From contig CP178758.1 in NCBI GenBank assembly GCA_047651235.1, forward strand, positions 3,270,001-3,302,000: a stretch of 32,000 nt of DNA, in the 5' to 3' direction. The notes beneath the pieces are model-generated. The model was not told the DNA's origin and searched no databases. It saw only the letters and a program-made list of their open reading frames with translations. The stretch is from Candidatus Electrothrix yaqonensis (GTDB lineage Bacteria; Desulfobacterota; Desulfobulbia; Desulfobulbales; Desulfobulbaceae). Position numbers and translations under genes: made by a program. This document shows, piece after piece, positions 26,125 to 32,000 of this stretch (within the stretch, counting starts at the first letter, position 1; each line of letters starts with the position of its first letter).

Positions 26125-27138
26125 ATGGAACACAACGTAAAAATACTCATTGTTGATGATCAGCCGAAGAATCTCTTTGCTCTGGAAACAACCTTTAAAG
26201 AAATTGATGCGGATTTTGTCAAAGCGACCAGTGGTAATGATGCGCTCAAGGAAATTCTGCGGCACGGGGAAGACTTTGCCCTGGCAATTCTTGATGTGCG
26301 GATGCCGGACATGGACGGCTATGATCTTGCTCAGCTGATCCGGGGCTGGGAACAGACCCGCAAACTTCCGATCATCCTGCTCTCGGCAGTGTATTCGGAT
26401 AATTATCATGTTTTTAAAGGATACAATTCCGGCGCGGTAGATTTTATCACCAAACCTTTCCAGCCGGCAATCCTGTCAGGTAAGATCAATTTTTTTATAG
26501 AAATATACCATCAGCAGCGCAGATTGAAAAACACCATCTATGAACTGGAGACCACCAAGCAGCTTGTTCTCAAGCAGAACGAACTGCTGGAGAAGCAGGC
26601 CAGCCATGACGAACTGACAGGATTGTATAATCGCCGCAAGCTGTCAGCGATTCTGGAAAACGGGATGCGTAAATGCAGTCGGTATAATCTTGATCTTTCG
26701 GTTGTTGTTCTTGATCTGGACCACTTCAAAACGGTGAATGATAACTTCGGACAGGAGTTCGGGGATTATGTTATCCAGGACTTTGCCCGCCTGCTTGAAT
26801 CCTGTCTCAGAAGCACTGATTTTGCCTTCCGCTACGCATGTAAAAAATTCATTCTCCTGCTGCCCAAGACAGATTTAGACGAAGCTCTTGTGATAACGGA
26901 AAAAGTCCGCAGATTATGTGCAGGCAAAGAATTTTACGATGACTACCATTCCATCAGAATAACTGTGAGCGGCGGCGTGGCATCCTATGTGAAGCATCGT
27001 CCGAAATGTCATGATGGCCTGCTCCGTTCTGCAGATCAGGCCCTGCGTTATGCCAAGGAGAGCGGCAGAAACAAAATTATTGTTGCCAGTCGGGCCACGG
27101 CTGCTCTGGCAAAGCAGCTGGAGGGAAGCGCAGCGTGA
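26125..27138 (+). CDS. Response regulator: REC + coiled coil + degenerate GGDEF domain (A-site ACKKF, I-site RSTD retained)
   Basis: REC: ILIVDDQ, ILDVRMPDMDG, ITKPF. GGDEF fold: HDELTGLYNRR, LDLDHFKTVND, ADQALRYAKESGRNK. The GG(D/E)EF position reads ACKKF (26836-26850), and RSTD (26809-26820) lies five residues upstream. An alternative GTG start is at 26086. Confidence 0.85.
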   Translation: MEHNVKILIVDDQPKNLFALETTFKEIDADFVKATSGNDALKEILRHGEDFALAILDVRMPDMDGYDLAQLIRGWEQTRKLPIILLSAVYSDNYHVFKGYNSGAVDFITKPFQPAILSGKINFFIEIYHQQRRLKNTIYELETTKQLVLKQNELLEKQASHDELTGLYNRRKLSAILENGMRKCSRYNLDLSVVVLDLDHFKTVNDNFGQEFGDYVIQDFARLLESCLRSTDFAFRYACKKFILLLPKTDLDEALVITEKVRRLCAGKEFYDDYHSIRITVSGGVASYVKHRPKCHDGLLRSADQALRYAKESGRNKIIVASRATAALAKQLEGSAA

Positions 27139-27230
27139 GTTCCGGCCCCTAACCGGTTGTCTTGCCGAAATTCCGATCCGTTCCGCTGCTGTCTCCGGCC
27201 TCTTTTTCTTTACTACCCCCGGTATGTTCT

Positions 27231-30200
27231 ATGAATATCAAGCTGAGCACACGGCTGGTTTCTTCCCACCTCTGTCTGGGAATTGTTCCCCTGCTGTTCA
27301 TCAGCGTTCTTTTCTGGCTCATTGCATCCAACGTGCTGGAGATAGCAGGGAAGCAAGGAGCAGAGGCCGTGGAAAAGGCCGCACACGAGCAGCTCCGGAC
27401 TATGTGCCGGATCAAGAAGAAACAGCTCAGTTTTCTGTTCAGAACAATGGAGGGACAGCTGCATGTGCTCAGGGGCGATCCTTGGGTTCGGGAAGCGGCA
27501 CAGGCCCTGAACAGTGCATCCGGCGGAGCAGACAGAGCAGGGGATTCCCATATTCCGCAGTTTCTGATACAAGCATATGATCTGCTGTTCAGAGACATCT
27601 GTGTCAACTTTGACTGGCAGGATATTTTTCTGATCAGTCCTGAGGGCGAGATTCTTTACTCTATGACCAGGAAGGCGGATATCGGCCTATCTCTGAACAG
27701 GAAGCCGTTCATGCGCAGTTCTCTGGGCCAGGCTTTTGCCGAAATCCGCAGCAATAAGGAGCAGGAATTGGCATTCGCTGATTTTTCTCCTTATGCCGCA
27801 CCGCAGAACACGCCTGCGGCGTTCCTGATTACCCGGATAGAAGATCAGCAGAGCCTGAGCGGATATATTGCCCTTCAGGTTTCCAGTGATGCTGTCCGCA
27901 GGATTATGGAAACTGCTGCGGATAAAAGCCATTCCCTTGAAGCCTATCTTGTCGGGCCGGACGGCTATATGCGTTCCGACTCTATCATCAGCCCGGAACA
28001 ATACAGCATCATTGCCTCGTTCAGCTACGACAACAAAGTAAACACTGCAGCCAGCCGGAATGCCCTGGACGGAAGAAGCGGTTCAGGAATTATTAAAGAC
28101 TATCGCGGCACAACCGTTCTTTCTTCCTGGACCCCTGTGGATGTTTTCAACACCCGCTGGGCCCTGATCTGTGAAATTGACGAAAGAGAGGCCATGCAGG
28201 GCAGAACAGTAATGCGGGAGACTATGGCCTGGGCAGCCCGGAAAATGAGCTTCTGCAGCTCGATTGCCTTACTGATGATTGTTGCCGCTATGGCGTTTGT
28301 TTCCTGGTGTATAGCCCGATCGGTCAGCAGGCCGATCAAAAATGCGGCCAAGGTGGCGAATCTGATCGCCTCGGGTGATTTCAGCCAGCGGCTCCGCCTG
28401 CAGCGTTCAGACGAAATCGGTTTGATGGCCAAGGCACTGGATCACATGGCGGAACGGGTGGCAAAGAATCTCCGGCATAAAACAGGTATTGCGGAGCTGT
28501 CCGGGAAGATGGGCGGCGAGGAAGACCCCCGGACTCTGGCGGATAAAATTGTCAGCTATCTGGCCGGGTACCTTGATGCGCAGATGGCTGCCCTGTATCT
28601 TGCCGAAGAAGAGGCGGAGCAGCTCATTCTGACCGGAACCTATGCTGCGGATAAGGTGCCTGCCCGGATCAGCTTCGGCCAGGGACTGGTCGGGCAGGCA
28701 GCCCGTGAACTGCGGATGCTTTCGGTGACAGACCTGCCTGATGATTATATTGCCGTCAGCTCAAGTCTCGGCAGTGCAGTTCCCCGCAATCTCCTGGCTG
28801 CGCCCTTTATTCATGAAGCCAGACTGATGGGTGTGCTTGAATTCGCTTCGTTCAGTGCATTCTCTGCTGCGGATAAAGAATTTCTCGATGATGTGCTGAG
28901 CAGTATTGCCGTAGTCTTCGCCTCAGCCCGGAGCCGTCAGATACAGGCACTGCTTGAACAGACGCAGCAGCAGGCCGAAGAGTTGCGCCAGCATGGTGAG
29001 GAGCTGCGGATGACCAATGAAGAACTGGCAGCCCAGACTGTTGAACTGCAGACTGTCCAGGAAAGGCTGGAGGCGAACAATCAGGCACTTGCCGAAAAAA
29101 CACAGCTTCTGGAAGTGCAGAAAAAGGAGCTGGCTCTTGGCTCAAAATACAAATCCGAGTTTCTTGCCAATATGAGCCATGAGCTGCGCACGCCCATGAA
29201 CAGCCTGCTTCTGCTTGCCCAGTCGCTGCAAGATAACAGAGAAGGCAACCTGACGGAGAATCAGCAGCAGTCAGCTGAATTTATTGTGGATTCAGGAAGA
29301 GAACTGTTGCATATTATTGATGAAATACTTGATCTGGCCTTTATCGAAGCCGGGCGGGTAAAGAAACAGATTGAAGAGGTGGTGCTGGCTGATGTGGCGG
29401 AAAATTTGCAGAATCTTTTTATTCATATGGCTGCGGCCAAAGGGCTTGCCTTCCGGGGCGCTGTTGATCCGGCTTTGCCTCCGACCATATTCACAGACCG
29501 GACACGCCTGGAACAGATTCTGAAAAATTTTATCGGCAACAGCCTGAAATTTACCGAACAGGGGGAGATAAGCCTTGCTTTCGCCCGGACCCCGGCAGAT
29601 GTCCAGTTCCGCTCGGATACCCTTGTTCCTGCGGAAAGCCTTGCTGTCCGTGTTGCAGATACCGGCATCGGTATTCCTGCGGAAAAGCAGGAGGCCATCT
29701 TTGAAGCCTTTCAGCAGGCAGACGGTTCAACCGCCCGCAAATACGGGGGAACCGGACTTGGTCTTTCCATTTCAAGACAGCTTGCCGCCTTGCTGGGCGG
29801 TGAAATTCACCTCAGCAGTGAACCGGAAAAAGGCTCTGTTTTTATTCTGTATCTTCCTTTTCAGTTTGAAAAGTGCATTGGAGAGGACCAGCAGACAGAA
29901 AAAAAACAGCCGGAGAATGACCGCACCGAAGGCAGTGAACCTGTAGAACAGGCAGACTTTGATGAGGCATTCAGCCGGGCTGAAAGCCTGAGCTGCGGCC
30001 CGATCAGGAAACTGCTGGTAGTGGAGGATGACGACAGGCTACGCAGTGCGCTGCTTGATCTTGTCGGCAGCAGGGAGACAGAAGCACTGGAGGCCAAAAC
30101 CGGCCGGCAGGTTCGGGAAATTCTCCGGACCCAGACTGTTGACTGCATGATTCTGGATCTCGGCCTGCCTGACTGCAACGGGATTAGCCTGCTCAAAGAG

Positions 30201-30845
30201 CTGTCGGAAGAGGCGGATATCTCTGTACCGCCGGTTATTGTCTATACAGGCAGAACCCTGAGCAGAAAGGAGGAGAGGGAGCTGAACAGGTATTCGGAAT
30301 CCATTATCCTCAAAAACGCCAGTTCCGGAGAGCGGCTCAGAGATGAAACAAAAATGTTTCTCCGCCAGGAACAGGTACAGGTGTCACAACAGGTGCCGCA
30401 GGTGTCTGATGTGGTTGATGCAGCACCGGAACCGTCTGAACAAGATGTTGGCGAAGATACTGTCCTGCAGGATAAACGGGTTCTGCTGGTGGACGACGAT
30501 ATGCGAAACGTCTTTGCCCTCTCCGCTGCCCTGCGGACTGGCGGCATGAACGTCAGCATTGCGGAACACGGGCGTATGGCTCTGGATATGCTTGCTCAGG
30601 ACCCGGATGTTGATATTATCCTGATGGATATTATGATGCCGGAAATGGACGGCTATACAACCATGCAGAAAATCAGAGAGAACGAAAAAATTCGCAGCCT
30701 GCCGGTCATTGCCCTGACAGCCAAGGCCATGAAGGGGGATCGGGAAAAATGTCTTGAAGCAGGAGCAGATACCTATCTTGCCAAACCTATTGATGTGAAG
30801 CAGCTTTTCGCCATGATGCGGCAGCTGCTTTCCCGGAAGGCATGA
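27231..30845 (+). CDS. Hybrid sensor histidine kinase: TM, Cache-like periplasmic domain, TM, HAMP, GAF, coiled coil, HisKA, HATPase, REC, REC
   Basis: ORF trimmed to ATG 27231 (MNIKLSTRLV plus TM). HAMP text SRPIKNAAKVANLIASGDFSQRL. H-box SHELRTPMN (His codon 29178-29180). G2 box GGTGLGLSI. Two receivers with DD...D...T/K residues intact. Confidence 0.9.
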   Translation: MNIKLSTRLVSSHLCLGIVPLLFISVLFWLIASNVLEIAGKQGAEAVEKAAHEQLRTMCRIKKKQLSFLFRTMEGQLHVLRGDPWVREAAQALNSASGGADRAGDSHIPQFLIQAYDLLFRDICVNFDWQDIFLISPEGEILYSMTRKADIGLSLNRKPFMRSSLGQAFAEIRSNKEQELAFADFSPYAAPQNTPAAFLITRIEDQQSLSGYIALQVSSDAVRRIMETAADKSHSLEAYLVGPDGYMRSDSIISPEQYSIIASFSYDNKVNTAASRNALDGRSGSGIIKDYRGTTVLSSWTPVDVFNTRWALICEIDEREAMQGRTVMRETMAWAARKMSFCSSIALLMIVAAMAFVSWCIARSVSRPIKNAAKVANLIASGDFSQRLRLQRSDEIGLMAKALDHMAERVAKNLRHKTGIAELSGKMGGEEDPRTLADKIVSYLAGYLDAQMAALYLAEEEAEQLILTGTYAADKVPARISFGQGLVGQAARELRMLSVTDLPDDYIAVSSSLGSAVPRNLLAAPFIHEARLMGVLEFASFSAFSAADKEFLDDVLSSIAVVFASARSRQIQALLEQTQQQAEELRQHGEELRMTNEELAAQTVELQTVQERLEANNQALAEKTQLLEVQKKELALGSKYKSEFLANMSHELRTPMNSLLLLAQSLQDNREGNLTENQQQSAEFIVDSGRELLHIIDEILDLAFIEAGRVKKQIEEVVLADVAENLQNLFIHMAAAKGLAFRGAVDPALPPTIFTDRTRLEQILKNFIGNSLKFTEQGEISLAFARTPADVQFRSDTLVPAESLAVRVADTGIGIPAEKQEAIFEAFQQADGSTARKYGGTGLGLSISRQLAALLGGEIHLSSEPEKGSVFILYLPFQFEKCIGEDQQTEKKQPENDRTEGSEPVEQADFDEAFSRAESLSCGPIRKLLVVEDDDRLRSALLDLVGSRETEALEAKTGRQVREILRTQTVDCMILDLGLPDCNGISLLKELSEEADISVPPVIVYTGRTLSRKEERELNRYSESIILKNASSGERLRDETKMFLRQEQVQVSQQVPQVSDVVDAAPEPSEQDVGEDTVLQDKRVLLVDDDMRNVFALSAALRTGGMNVSIAEHGRMALDMLAQDPDVDIILMDIMMPEMDGYTTMQKIRENEKIRSLPVIALTAKAMKGDREKCLEAGADTYLAKPIDVKQLFAMMRQLLSRKA
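28839..29985 (+). repeat. Copy 1 of the duplicated kinase core (end of GAF, coiled coil, HisKA, HATPase)
   Basis: This segment aligns with 30869-32000 at an offset of 2030 nt, falling to 2009 nt after a 21-nt indel. There are 3 mismatches in the 60 nt I compared (29702-29761 vs 31711-31770). Confidence 0.9.
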
Positions 30846-32000
30846 CCGGGAAGGCTTTTACAGCGTCAGAACTCGCTTCGCTCAGTGAATTTTCCGCTGA
30901 GGATCAGGAGTTTCTGCAGGATGTGCTGAACAATATTACCACAGTATTCGTCTCAACCAGAAGCCGCCGGATACAGAAGCTGGTTGAACAGACGCAGCAG
31001 CAGGCCGAGGAGCTGTGTCTGCTCAATGAAAAACTGGCAGCCCGGACCCGTGAACTGCAGACTATCCAGGAAAAGCTGGAGGCGGCTGATCAGGCACTTG
31101 CCGAAAAAGCACAGCTTCTGGAAGTGCAGAAAAAGGAGCTGGCTCTTGCTTCGAAGTATAAATCTGAGTTTCTTGCCAATATGAGTCATGAGCTGCGCAC
31201 GCCCATGAACAGTCTGCTGCCGCTTGCCCAGTCGCTGCAGGAAAACAGAGAAGGCAATCTGACGGAAAATCAGCAGCATTCCGCTGGAATTATTTTTGAT
31301 TCAGGAAGGGAGCTGCTGGATATTATAGATGAGATTCTTGATCTGGCCTTTCTCGAAGCCGGGCGGGTGAAGAAAGAGACTGAAGAGATGGTGTTAGCTG
31401 ATGTGGCGGAAAATATGCATAATCTTTTCATCCATATGGCTGCGGCCAAAGGGCTTGCTTTCCAGGTTTCTGTTGATCCAGCCCTGCCCTCGACCATGTT
31501 GACGGACCGGACACGTTTGGAGCAGATTCTAAAAAAAATTATCAGCAACAGCCTGAAATTTACGGAACAGGGGGAGATAAGCCTTGCTTTTGCCCGGCCT
31601 CCGGCAGATGTTCAGTTCCGCTCGGATACCCTCGTTCCTGCGGAAACCCTTGCTGTCCGTGTTGCAGATACCGGCATCGGTATTCCTGCGAAAAAGCAGG
31701 AGGCCATCTTTGAGGCTTTTCAGCAGGCAGACGGTTCAACCGCCCGCAAATACGGGGGAAACGGACTTGGTCTTTCCATTTCAAGACAGCTTGCCGCCTT
31801 GCTGGGCGGTGAAATTCACCTCAGCAGCGAACCGGAAAAAGGCTCTGTTTTTATTCTGTATCTTCCTTTTCAGTTTGAAAAGTGCATTGGAGAGGACCAG
31901 CAGACAGAAAAAAAACAGCCGGAGAATGACCGAACCGGCGGCAGTGAACCTGCAGAACAGGCAGACTTGGACGAGGCCAAGGCCTTCAGTCACGATGAAC
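30842..32000 (+). CDS. Sensor-less histidine kinase paralog (coiled coil + HisKA + HATPase), 3' end beyond the window
   Basis: This open frame is absent from the ORF track because it has no stop in the window. ATG 30842-30844 overlaps the upstream TGA 30843-30845 (ATGA). H-box SHELRTPMN (His codon 31187-31189). HATPase with GGNGLGLSI. Confidence 0.85.
   Translation, partial: MTGKAFTASELASLSEFSAEDQEFLQDVLNNITTVFVSTRSRRIQKLVEQTQQQAEELCLLNEKLAARTRELQTIQEKLEAADQALAEKAQLLEVQKKELALASKYKSEFLANMSHELRTPMNSLLPLAQSLQENREGNLTENQQHSAGIIFDSGRELLDIIDEILDLAFLEAGRVKKETEEMVLADVAENMHNLFIHMAAAKGLAFQVSVDPALPSTMLTDRTRLEQILKKIISNSLKFTEQGEISLAFARPPADVQFRSDTLVPAETLAVRVADTGIGIPAKKQEAIFEAFQQADGSTARKYGGNGLGLSISRQLAALLGGEIHLSSEPEKGSVFILYLPFQFEKCIGEDQQTEKKQPENDRTGGSEPAEQADLDEAKAFSHDE
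30869..32000 (+). repeat. Copy 2 of the duplicated kinase core
   Basis: See 28839-29985. Similarity still runs at the window edge. Confidence 0.9.

Noticed and set aside
1-32000. Scan for tRNA, rRNA, CRISPR arrays and integrase/att sites
   Set aside because: I saw no T-loop (GGTTCGAAT-type) cloverleaf candidates, no rRNA-like stretches, no regularly spaced short direct repeats, and no tyrosine- or serine-recombinase-like ORF by eye. A tRNAscan, Infernal or CRISPR-finder run would be needed to be certain.

Overview
This looks like a chromosomal window from a moderately GC-rich Gram-negative bacterium. The gene content (LpxI-type lipid A genes, an AICARFT-only PurH, a GGGtGRT pair) resembles Desulfobacterota, but that placement is inference only.

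The window has three parts.

(1) ~1-7.9 kb is accessory or decayed DNA. It holds a broken comM/yifB 3' remnant, a lower-GC DUF900-type alpha/beta-hydrolase gene, a SplB-like radical-SAM gene and a membrane protein. It also holds an orphan T7-gp4/Twinkle-like primase-helicase whose Toprim acidic motif is lost. That gene directly abuts scrambled ISAzo13-family IS remnants bounded by a ~140-bp near-identical inverted repeat. A gene-poor ~1 kb stretch follows.

(2) ~7.9-25.9 kb is mostly core genome:
- a NifU-like + GGGtGRT pair
- an AT-richer trio of exported proteins of no recognisable family (two tandem paralogous small secreted proteins plus a membrane-anchored acidic five-repeat protein)
- gpsA and gyrA
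- fabZ-lpxA-lpxI, followed by a dehydrogenase/N-acetyltransferase fusion and a GT4 glycosyltransferase
- a DUF1311 protein, a class-3 lipase lipoprotein, an AICARFT-only purH, a nitroreductase, a very AT-rich islet and corA

(3) ~26-32 kb is a signalling cluster. It starts with a REC protein carrying a degenerate GGDEF domain (A-site ACKKF, I-site RSTD retained). Next is a large Cache-HAMP-GAF hybrid histidine kinase with two receiver domains. Joined to it by an ATGA stop/start overlap is a sensor-less paralog whose kinase core is a ~95%-identical copy about 2.0 kb downstream. The paralog's coiled coil is exactly one heptad shorter.

No rRNA, tRNA or CRISPR array was seen. All family assignments come from motif recognition by eye, not from searches.
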